Shown here one piece after another: positions 25,390 to 36,049 of a stretch of DNA of 64,000 bases. The translations under genes were made by a program, and so were the position numbers. Source of the stretch: Macrostomum lignano (lineage: Eukaryota); contig NIVC01002515.1 of the NCBI GenBank assembly GCA_002269645.1, positions 1 to 64,000 of the forward strand, read 5' to 3'. The notes beneath the pieces were generated by a model. It was not told where the DNA came from. It saw only the letters and a list, made by a program, of their open reading frames with translations, and searched no databases. How positions within the stretch are numbered: position 1 is the first letter of the stretch; each line of letters begins with the position of its first letter.

Positions 25390-25819
25390 TCCGTGCAACA
25401 AATTGTTACATATATAGTACCATATGGTTGCTAGTTAAAAAATTGTATGAGAAATCAAGCAGTTCTCTTAATTTATTTTAAACGTTTGCTTTTAGCAAGG
25501 GTAAGTAGAACCTATTCTATATCTTTAACCGCATCATTTGGCCCCCTCCTCTAATACTCATTAAAGTTCACTCATTGAGCCTACAGGCTCCGAATTGGTT
25601 TCGTTGAGCAAACATTCACACTGAATTGAAGTTTCAAATTGTATTGGAAACAGAGAGAGACCACCCACTGTGGCACTGACTGCCTGCACCTTGCTCTGGC
25701 ACCCAACTACTATAGCTATAAAATATATAGTGTTGAGCGAACTTCTATTTTTTAGTGCAATGCAACAGCGTATATCTGGCGCCCAGTCCTCAATGTAGCG
25801 CCCAGCCATCTGTATCTGG

Positions 25820-26720
25820 CAGGGGCGGACCGAGGGGGGGGGGAACCAAGGGGGCCATGGCCCCCCCAGCTCTGCCAAAAAAATCCTCAGATGTATTGGT
25901 ATCATGCTGTATTGGTATCATGCTGTATTGGTATCATGCTGTATTGGTATCATGCTGTATTGGTATCATGCTGTATTGGTATCATGCTGTATTGGTATCA
26001 TGCTGTATTGGTATCATGCTGTATTGGTATCATGCTGTATTGGTATCATGCTGTATTGGTATCATGCTGTATTGGTATCATGCTGTATTGGTATCATGCT
26101 GTATTGGTATCATGCTGTATTGGTATCATGCTGTATTGGTATCATGCTGTATTGGTATCATGCTGTATTGGTATCATGCTGTATTGGTATCATGCTGTAT
26201 TGGTATCATGCTGTATTGGTATCATGCTGTATTGGTATCATGCTGTATTGGTATCATGCTGTATTGGTATCATGCTGTATTGGTATCATGCTGTATTGGT
26301 ATCATGCTGTATTGGTATCATGCTGTATTGGTATCATGCTGTATTGGTATCATGCTGTATTGGTATCATGCTGTATTGGTATCATGCTGTATTGGTATCA
26401 TGCTGTATTGGTATCATGCTGTATTGGTATCATGCTGTATTGGTATCATGCTGTATTGGTATCATGCTGTATTGGTATCATGCTGTATTGGTATCATGCT
26501 GTATTGGTATCATGCTGTATTGGTATCATGCTGTATTGGTATCATGCTGTATTGGTATCATGCTGTATTGGTATCATGCTGTATTGGTATCATGCTGTAT
26601 TGGTATCATGCTGTATTGGTATCATGCTGTATTGGTATCATGGTACCCTAATTGCAGCTCTGGCCTGACGAGACGTGAGGCTTGCCCCCCCCCCTCGATA
26701 AAATCCTGGGTCCGCCCCTG
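25820..26720. mobile_element. Non-autonomous hAT-type MITE (901 bp) carrying a 16-bp minisatellite (TGCTGTATTGGTATCA)n at ~25893-26643
   Basis: 12-bp TIRs CAGGGGCGGACC / GGTCCGCCCCTG; 8-bp TSD GTATCTGG at 25812-25819 and 26721-26728. Confidence 0.88.
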
Positions 26721-27140
26721 GTATCTGGCGCCCTGCCCATTCTGTATCTGGCGCCCTTCTGTATCTAGCGCTCTGCCCATTATGTATCTGGCGCCCTGCC
26801 CATTCTGTATCTGGCGCCCTGCCCATTCTGTATCTGGCGCCCTGCCCATTCTGTATCTGGCGCCCTGCCCATTCTGTATCTGGCGCCCTGCCCATTCTGT
26901 ATCTGGCGCCCTGCCCATTCTGTATCTGGCGCCCTGCCCATTCTGTATCTGGCGCCCTGCCCATTCTGTATCTGGCGCCCTGCCCATTCTGTATCTGGCG
27001 CCCTGCCCACTCTGTATCTGGCGCCCTGCCCACTCTGTATCTGGCGCCCTGCCCATTCTGTATCTGGAGCCCTGCCCACTCTGTATCTGGCGCCCTGCCC
27101 ACTCTATATCTGGCGCCCTGCCCACTCTGTATCTGGCGCC
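26721..27140. repeat. Minisatellite, 23-bp unit CTGTATCTGGCGCCCTGCCCATT (degenerate start at ~25770, interrupted by the MITE)
   Basis: Tandem copies; related sequence lies on both sides of the MITE. Confidence 0.93.
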
Positions 27141-28105
27141 CATTGCGTCGCTTTTGTCCCAGTCAGGTAGGCAAATGTGAACCCCCATTCAACGTGCTAA
27201 AGTCAATAGTCAGAACCAGGAGTCCTAATAAGCGCTAAGTCCCCATTCTATTACAAAACCCAGGTTACAGGACAACTTTCTGGTCGAACCCGCAGTCTTT
27301 TAATCGGCCTGATAATACGCTCACAATAGACATGAGGGATTAAGAAGTAGCAAAATCGAGTCTTAGACTCTGGGAATTTCCAAAAATTTGCTATTAAAGG
27401 ATAAACAGACTTATCACGTTATAAGCCGATTTGTTAAAGTAAGCAGTTGAGTTCTGACTTCTGAGTTGTTGGCTTTTGCTAAATATCACCCGTCGTGTTT
27501 AAAATCGGGAGGCACCAAGCTCACCAACCCCCTGTGTTGTTGTTTTTTCGCACCATTCACTGCTGTAGGTAGTCAAAGCTAAATTAAAACAAAAATAAAA
27601 AATTGTGGCTGTGGCGTCGAGGCTGGGCCGGCTATTGGCATTAGCGGCAGTCTTTGTAGTTTAGAGAATGAGAAACCCCGTGACCTCCCTCAATAACGTT
27701 TTTGTAATCTCTTATCTTTTTTATGGCTGTTAGTAAAATAATCAGTGATCAGTAATCAGTTTTTTAATTTCTTATTAGTCAGTAAGCGACAAACGAATAA
27801 CCCCCTTGGACCAGGCCCCCACCCACCCCAAATTACCCAGCGTGCAAACGGCGCGGCGGAGGTGGGGTGGGTGGCCCGTGGCGCGAAACGCGGTTCGGTG
27901 GCGGGGCCTTGGTGTGGGGTGGGGTGGGGTGGCTCTCCAGCCAACCCCCATCCGACCCGAGGCGGAAAAACTGTTTTTATTTAAACTCTTTCACTTCGGT
28001 CAGTCAGTCTAAGTCAGGAAAACTTCTCCCCATACTATTATATTATTACAAGGCGCATCAAACTATATACAATCATAGAAATAGAATAAGCAGTGATTCA
28101 GTCAA

Positions 28106-31100
28106 ATGGAACTAGTTGGCATCCGAATGGACGGCGGACTACGAGAAGAAGTCGAAGATAGCAACGATCGTCTACTACTAGAAGAAGAAGAACAGAAGCG
28201 GCAAAGTTCGCGACAAGCCGAGGCTTCAGCTGCAACGACGGATCTGGAGTGTACAGGTGCATCAACTAGCTTTGGTAAGTTCTCTCTGGACATCTGTTAT
28301 CAGACTTTTTGTCTTCGTTACTGGGGACTGTCAGGTCTGTCTAGTGAGATGACAGCAACTGTTAGTGTTATAGTCTGTCTGTCAGCGTCATAAACAAGCA
28401 CAATTTTAAAATTTCAATGCGTGCCGATTGTAAAAGCAATAACACTGCATGACCCCAGGCCCAGTTATGATGCGATGCTTGTCCGTCGAAATCTCGAAAA
28501 TCTATATTTTAAGCGCTGAAAGTTATATAATACACCGGCCAATGCTAATAATAATAATAATGTTGTGCTTGTCGATGCTGTCACCAGCAACAGCTTTTTC
28601 AAGCCTGGCCCTGGTGGTGTATAACATATACAGGACACTAATAAAATAATAACATTTGTCGAATTGTTCTGACACACAACTGACTGACGGTCTGACCCCA
28701 TGCATCTCTATATTTCTATATGTGATCTAAAGCGCGTTTTATGATGCAGCAAGATTTCATAAATATGCAGTTCATTTAAAATGACCAAAGCCCATGGTTA
28801 TACACATCAAGAGAGATAGAGAGGCCTTATTGTTGTCCCCTCGGCGTCAGGTCCACACAGTTGCAGTGCGACAGCCATTTTTATGCATTTACTGCTTTTT
28901 TCGAATCGGAATCGGGGGTGTTGCGGCAACTTCCAAAGCTTTTCCTGATATAATTTTGGTTTATGGCCTATATCTGACAACTTCCTGCAGACTATTCTGT
29001 GTTGTTTGAAATCTGATTGAAAAACTTGTCATTTATTTTACTGCATCACCCTTCAGCAATGTTGTTGTTGCACTGATGGGTAACCACAACTTTTCTATAT
29101 ATAATAGCCATACCCATGGTGTTATAAATTTATCAATTTGAAATGATTATTAATTGTTTGAACAAGCAAAAGCTGTAAAAGATCTTTCTCCAGCAAAGTT
29201 TCACGGTATATGCTTAGCTATCGACATCATTGTTACTCTGCAGATTCCGACATCGTTCTGCAGCAACAGCATGACAAGCTGCAGCAACAGAAATCAGCTT
29301 CTTCATCTAGTGACCTGTTGCTAATGCCAACCACTTCTAGCGAATCTCACGCTGCTGGCGCCGACGAAGTTACCGACTACTACGACAGAGAGGAAAGTGG
29401 TAGCGTCAGCGGCGGCGGCGCCGGAAACGTAGTTCCGGTCCAAGTCAAGGAGAGGACCTTTCGCTGTCGGCACTGCAGCTTTCAGGCGCAGGATAAGGTA
29501 GGATCTAAATGCCTGAGTTTGCCTGTTAGCCTCTGCGTGAGTTTCCGTTAGTCCCTCCTTGAGTTTCCCTGTTAGCCTCTCCCTGAGTTTCCGTTAGTCC
29601 CTCCCTGAGTTTCCCTGTGAGCCTCTCCCCGAGTTTCCCTGTTAGCCTCTGCCTGAGTTTCCGTTAGTCCCTCCCTGAGTTTCCCTGTTAGCCTCTCCCT
29701 GAGTTTCCGTTAGTCCCTCCCTGAGTTTCCCTGTTAGCCTCTCCCCGAGTTTCCCTGTTAGCCTCTGCCTGAGTTTCCGTTAGTCCCTCCTTGAGTTTCC
29801 CTGTTAGCCTCTCCCTGAGTTTCCGTTGTCCCTCCCTGAGTTTCCCTGTTAGCCTCTGCCTGAGTTTCCCTGTGAGCCTCTCCCCGAGTTTCCCTGTTAG
29901 CCTCTGCCTGAGTTTCCGTTAGTCCCTCCTTGAGTTTCCCTGTTAGCCTCTCCCTGAGTTTCCCTATTAGCCTCTCCCCGAGTTTCCCTGTTAGCCTCTC
30001 CCCGAGTTTCCCTGTTAGCCTCTCCCCGAGTTTCCCTGTTAGCCTCTCCCCGAGTTTCCCTGTTAGCCTCTCCCTGAGTTTCCCTGTTAGCCTCTCCCCG
30101 AGTTTCCCTGTTAGCCTCTCCCTAAATTTCCCTTTTAGCCTCTCCCTGAGTTTCCCTGTTAGCCTCTCCCTGAGTTTTCCTGTTAGCCTCTCCCCGAGTT
30201 TCCCTGTTAGCCTCTCCCTGAGTTTCCCTGTTAGCCTTTCCCCGAGTTTCCCTGTTAGCCTCTCCCCGAGTTTTCTTGTTAGCCTCTCCCCGAGTTTCCC
30301 TGTTAGCCTCTCCCCGAGTTTCCCTGTTAGCCTCTCCCTGAATTTCCCTTTTAGCCTCTCTCCGAGTTTCCCTGTGAGCCTCTCCCTGAATTTCCCTGTT
30401 AGCCTCTCCCTGAGTTTCCCTGTTAGCCTCTCCCTGAGTTTCCCTGTTAGCCTCTCCCCGAGTTTCCCTGTTAGCCTCTCCCTGAGTTTCCCTGTTAGCC
30501 TCTCCCCGAGTTTCCCTGTTAGCCTCTCCCCGAGTTTCCCTGTTAGCCTCTCCCTGAGTTTCCCTGTTAGCCTCTCCCCGAGTTTCCCTGTTAGCCTCTC
30601 CCCGAGTTTTCTTATTAGCCTTTCTCCGAGTTTCCCTGTTAGCCTCTCCCCGAGTTTCCCTGTTAGCCTCTCCCTGAATTTCCCTTTTAGCCTCTCTCCG
30701 AGTTTCCCTGTTAGCCTCTCCCTGAATTTCCCTGTTAGCCTCTGTCTGAGTTTCCCTGTTAGCCTCTCCCTGAGTTTCCCTGTTAGCCTCTCCCCGAGTT
30801 TCCCTGTTAGCCTCTCCCCGAGTTTCCCTGTTAGCCTCTCCCCGAGTTTCCCTGTTAGCCTCTCCCCGAGTCTCCCTGTTAGCCTCTCCCTGAGTTTCCC
30901 TGTTAGCCTCTCCCCGAGTTTCCCTGTTAGCCTCTTCCTGAATTTCCCTTTTAGCCTCTCTCCGAGTTTCCCTGTTAGCCTCTCCCTGAATTTCCCTGTT
31001 AGCCTCTGCCTGAGTTTCCCTGTTAGCCTCTCCCTGAGTTTCCCTGTTAGCCTCTCCCCGAGTTTCCCTGTTAGCCTCTCCCTGAGTTTCCCTGTTAGCC

Positions 31101-34100
31101 TCTCCCCGAGTTTCCCTGTTAGCCTCTCCCCGAGTCTCCCTGTTAGCCTCTCCCTGAATTTCCCTTTTAGCCTCTCTCCGAGTTTCCCTGTTAGCCTCTC
31201 CCTGAATTTCCCTGTTAGCCTCTCCCTGAATTTCCCTGTTAGCCTCTCCCTGAGTTTCCCTGTTAGCCTCTCCCCGAGTTTCCCTGTTAGCCTCTCCCTG
31301 AGTTTCCCTGTTAGCCTCTCCCCGAGTTTCCCTGTTAGCCTCTCCCCGAGTTTCCCTGTTAGCCTCTCCCCGAGTTTCCCTGTTAGCCTCTCCCCGAGTT
31401 TCCCTGTTAGCCTCTCCCCGAGTTTCCCTGTTAGCCTCTCCCTGAGTTTCCCGAGATTCACACAGTTACGCTGAAAATTCGTGTTTCATTCGGTGTCAAT
31501 ATGACCTTTGCAACAATAACTAAAACCATTGATCTATTATACATCTGAATGATTTTTTGCCTAAAAAAACTCCAATTCTACATAGAGCTCAAGTGGCAGC
31601 AAAGCTTCCGGCCGAACTGAAACGAATTGGTGTTCTAGCTCTATGACATGCATAAGCCAATTATTAACGAAAAACCAAAAAACACGCGGAATTTTTTTTT
31701 CGCGCGGAAGTCAATAAATCAAAAAAGATAGTTAGCTGACAAAAACTTTCAGGCAGAACTTTATTCTGGTAGTACTATAGCATGTAAAATATGTAAATAG
31801 CATTGCATTTTACCAATGGTCATCATCATACTGCATAATTAGATAGCCACCCTACACTGATCCCTTATTTCTCAGATAGTCTATGAAGTCTACCCGTCGC
31901 CTTCTGAATCTTTATCCGCCCCCATCTGAATCTTTATCCGCCCCCATCTGAATCTTTATCCGCCCCCCATCTGAATCTTTATCCGCCCCCATCTGAATCT
32001 TTATCCGCCCCCATCTGAATCTTTATCCGCCCCCCATCTGAATCTTTATCCGCCCCCCATCTGAATCTTTATCCGCCCCCATCTGAATCTTTATCCGCCC
32101 CCCATCTGAGTCTTTATCCGCCCCCATCTGAATCTTTATCCGCCCCCATCTGAATCTTTATCCGCCCCCATCTGAATCTTTATCCGCCCCCCATCTGAAT
32201 CTTTATCCGCCCCCATCTGAATCTTTATCCGCCCCCATCTGAATCTTTATCCGCCCCCCATCTGAATCTTTATCCGCCCCCATCTGAATCTTTATCCGCC
32301 CCCCATCTGAATCTTTATCCGCCCCCCATCTGAATCTTTATCCGCCCCCATCTGAATCTTTATCCGCCCCCCATCTGAATCTTTATCCGCCCCCCATCTG
32401 AGTCTTTATCCGCCCCCATCTGAATCTTTATCCGCCCCCATCTGAATCTTTATCCGCCCCCCATCTGAATCTTTATCCGCCCCCATCTGAATCTTTATCC
32501 GCCCCCATCTGAATCTTTATCCGCCCCCCATCTGAATCTTTATCCGCCCCCCATCTGAATCTTTATCCGCCCCATCTGAATCTTTATCCGCCCCCTTCTG
32601 AATCTTTATCCGCCCCCTTCTGAATCTTTATCCGCCCCATCTGAATCTTTATCCGCCACCCATCTGAATCTTTATCCGCCCCCATCTGAATCTTTATCCG
32701 CCTCCATCTGAATCTTTATCCGCCCCCATCTGAATCTTTATCCGCCCCCATCTGAATCTTTATCCCCCCATCTGAATCCTTATCCGCCCTCATCTGAAAC
32801 TTTATCCGCCCCCCATCTGAATCTTTATCCGCCCCCATCTGAATCTTTATCCGCCCCCATCTGAATCTTTATCCGCCCCATCTGAATCTTTAGCCGCCTC
32901 CATCTGAGTCTTTATCCGCCTCCATCTGAATCTTTATCCGCCCTCATCTGAGTCTTTATCCGCCCTATCTGAATCTTTATCCGCCCCCATCTTAATCTTT
33001 ATCCGCCCCATCTGAATCTTTATCCGCCCCCCTTCTGAATCTTTATCCGCCCCCATCTGAATCTTTATCCGCCTCCATCTGAATCTTTATCCGCCTCCAT
33101 CTGAATCTTTATCCGCCCCCATCTGAATCTTTATCCGCGTCCATCTGAGTCTTTATCCGCCTCCATCTGAATCTTTATCCGCCTCCATCTGAGTCTTTAT
33201 CCGCCTCCATCTGAGTCTTTATCCGCCTCCATCTGAAACTTTATCCGTCTCCATCTGAATCTTTATCCGCCCCCATCTGAATCATTTTAATCATGTCAAG
33301 GAGGCGCTGGCCCACTTGTTTACCACCACTGGGTTTCATCTCTATACCCGCTCTCTACTGAGTTTGATAATTCTTGATTCTTTTCTTTCTAAAAATGAAA
33401 AACTTACTGAAACTGACTGTCATTCAAGCACCTGTCACTCGTGCTCTCCCCCATGCCAGGTGTTATTCTGGCGCCACGCTCGCCTACACATCAAGCCGGA
33501 GAAGATGCTGCAATGCAAACTGTGCGAATTTGTCACCGAATACCGTCACCATCTGGAGTATCACGAGCGTAACCATGGCAACCTGAAGCCGTTTCATTGC
33601 GACAAATGCTCCTATCGTTGCGTCAACCGGAGCATGCTCAATTCGCACCTGAAGTCGCACAGCAGCGTTTGTCATTATCGTTGCCGGGATTGCAACTACG
33701 CAACTAAGTATTGTCATTCGTTGAAGACTCACCTAAGAAAAAATGGCCATCGACCTGCCGCGTCAACGGCTGCTCAGGCGAGGAAGCTTCAGCAGCAGCA
33801 GCAGCAGCAGCAGAGTCAGACTCAAGCCGCATCATCAGCCAAGACTGCCGCAGCCGCTCCGACATGTTCTTCCACCTTAGCGACTTCATTCCCACCTCCT
33901 CCTCTGCCGCCGCTACCGCCGCTGCCGCCAGTCCCTACTGGACTGTTCCCGCCTCCCTGGCTTCCTGCACCACCGCCATCGATGCTCACTCAGCAGCAAC
34001 AGCAGCAGCAGCAACAGCAACAGGAACAAATATGGGAGCAAGCTATGGAGTTCTGCTTGCGTCGTCAGCAGCAGCAACAGCTCGAGCAGAAGCAACAGAT

Positions 34101-34452
34101 GGCCGCAGCAGCCGCCGCTTCCTTTCGTCAGCAGCAACATCATCAGCAGACTGACTTGCCTTTCTACCTGCCACCACCTCCAGCTGCTACGTTGCCGCTG
34201 CATCCTCACAACCATCCTCATCATCATCACCAGCCGCTGATTGCGCCGCCTTTTCCGCCTGCTCCGTCCGCCTTTGGTTTGTCGCCAACTGTGCAGTCGT
34301 TTCAACAGCAGCTGCACAAGCTGATGCAGCAGTCGGCTTCGGTTCAGCAGCAACCGCCGCCTCCGCCGCCGCCGCCGCCTCCGCCGCCACCTCCGCCGCA
34401 ACAACAGACTGCTGCAACTACCGGCCCGCTAGATCTGCGGCTAAAAAAGTAG
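28106..34452 (+). CDS. hb: Hunchback C2H2 zinc-finger transcription factor, ~471 aa, 3 coding exons
   Basis: Exons 28106-28274 (phase 1), 29244-29497 (phase 0) and 33460-34452 (stop). Fingers [13 protein letters not shown]|[90 protein letters not shown] match the diagnostic Hunchback central cluster (Drosophila [24 protein letters not shown]). Confidence 0.93.
29510..31450. repeat. Minisatellite, 24-bp unit GAGTTTCCCTGTTAGCCTCTCCCC in hb intron 2
   Basis: Starts ~12 nt after donor 29498; source of the KLGERLTG pseudo-ORF. Confidence 0.96.
31905..33283. repeat. Minisatellite, 22-23-bp unit ATCTGAATCTTTATCCGCCCCC in hb intron 2
   Basis: Tandem copies with a variable C-run. Confidence 0.96.
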
Positions 34453-36049
34453 AATAAAAACTGTTTCAAATTGTTGATTTTTTTATATTCAGTCTATTAA
34501 ACTCCATACTCAAATTTTTGCTATGCCTTCTTGTACTGCACCTACATCTTCTTTTAAACCTGTCGGCATATCTTCTTTGTTCTGTTTCTTTTATAGCTTA
34601 GGTTGGTGTCTTCCAAACATTGATCATGATTTTCTTCTTGCAATTATTAACCGAAATGTACATTATATCGGCACCGGACTACTTAAGAGTAATAAGTTTA
34701 GGTACTTTGGCAGCTTATGATCCGAAGTATAGGCTTCGCTGCAATTGCATACGTATGAATACTTTAGCAAACTTGCAATAACTAAGCGTCTTGTTTTGTA
34801 CAGGTGTGTTTGTTTGTCTAGCCTGTCTGTAGCTAGCTAGTTATGAGCTATATGCACACGATTTGCATGTGTTCTCTGACTTTAACCTTGGAATTCGAAC
34901 TAGCAAAATAAACTGAAAGTACATGCACATGTACAATGTAGCTGCTACACCTTTTATTTGATTTTCAAACAATTAGACTATGATGCGCGCTTTTTCAATC
35001 TGTGCTTTTATTTGTAAATTCTTAGTTGTTAGTTAAATTTACACATTATGCTGCAATACATGCACATGTACATGTGTATGTAAGTTAATGCAGTAATGTA
35101 GCAAGACATGCATTAATGTAAGATGGTGCAAATGGTACACGCGTACCCTGATTTTGAATTGAAGGGAGACAATACGACTGCATTGTTTTATTACCTGTAC
35201 GAAGGATTCACATGTGAAATATGAAAAATTACGTTAAAAGTACGATATCCTGCATTATTGCACCTGCACATGTAGTGTGTGAATTTAAAAAATGTACATG
35301 TAAACACACTCAATGACACTTTTTAGAATTACAATGTGGCTAAATTAGTATATTTAGTTAGTAAATTAGTAAATTACATGCTCATGTTGTGTACATGAGC
35401 ATGTAATTTCAGTCAGTTTGGCTTCTTTACTAGCAGATAAATTAAAGTACATGTAAGGATACTGCTTAAAATAATTTCGTATGACTACTCGCAGTCAACC
35501 ATGCGGCCTACGTTCGCGCCCAGGCTCTGAAACGTGCCCTGTGACATTGTCCCATGCTTTACTGACTGACGATGTACATAAATTATTTTTAGGGGTTAGG
35601 CGAGTGACGAAGACCGAACGCAGAACGTCTTGGTTTTGTCATTATTTTAAACGTTTTTTCAAGTGACAGACCAATTTAAAATGAAAAATTGATTAATGCG
35701 GCGTTAGAGCAGCATGTGAGGCACAAAATATTGTGATTAGGACTTTCTCTGACACTGTTAAGAGACCCAATCTCTGTTTTAGTGTTGAAAATCGTGAAAT
35801 TCCTATTTCCGTAGTGTATTTTTCCGGTGAAACCTGCCTTTAAAAATATTTCTGAACCAAAAGCTTTATGAATATCGATAGAGCAATAAGAAAGGCACAA
35901 AATATCAAAAGATGAACACTGGATCTGCCTCCTATCAAAAGCAATAACAATTTTTGTGCTGAAAAAAACTAAAACCTCCTATCTCTGTAGTGTATTTTTC
36001 GGCAAAAAGTTGCCTTCAAAACATTTACGAGCGTACCATAGATTTCGAG

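Noticed and set aside
29758-31474. 567-aa KLGERLTG and 514-aa SFPVSLSP ORFs
   Set aside because: Both strands of the 24-bp array inside hb intron 2.
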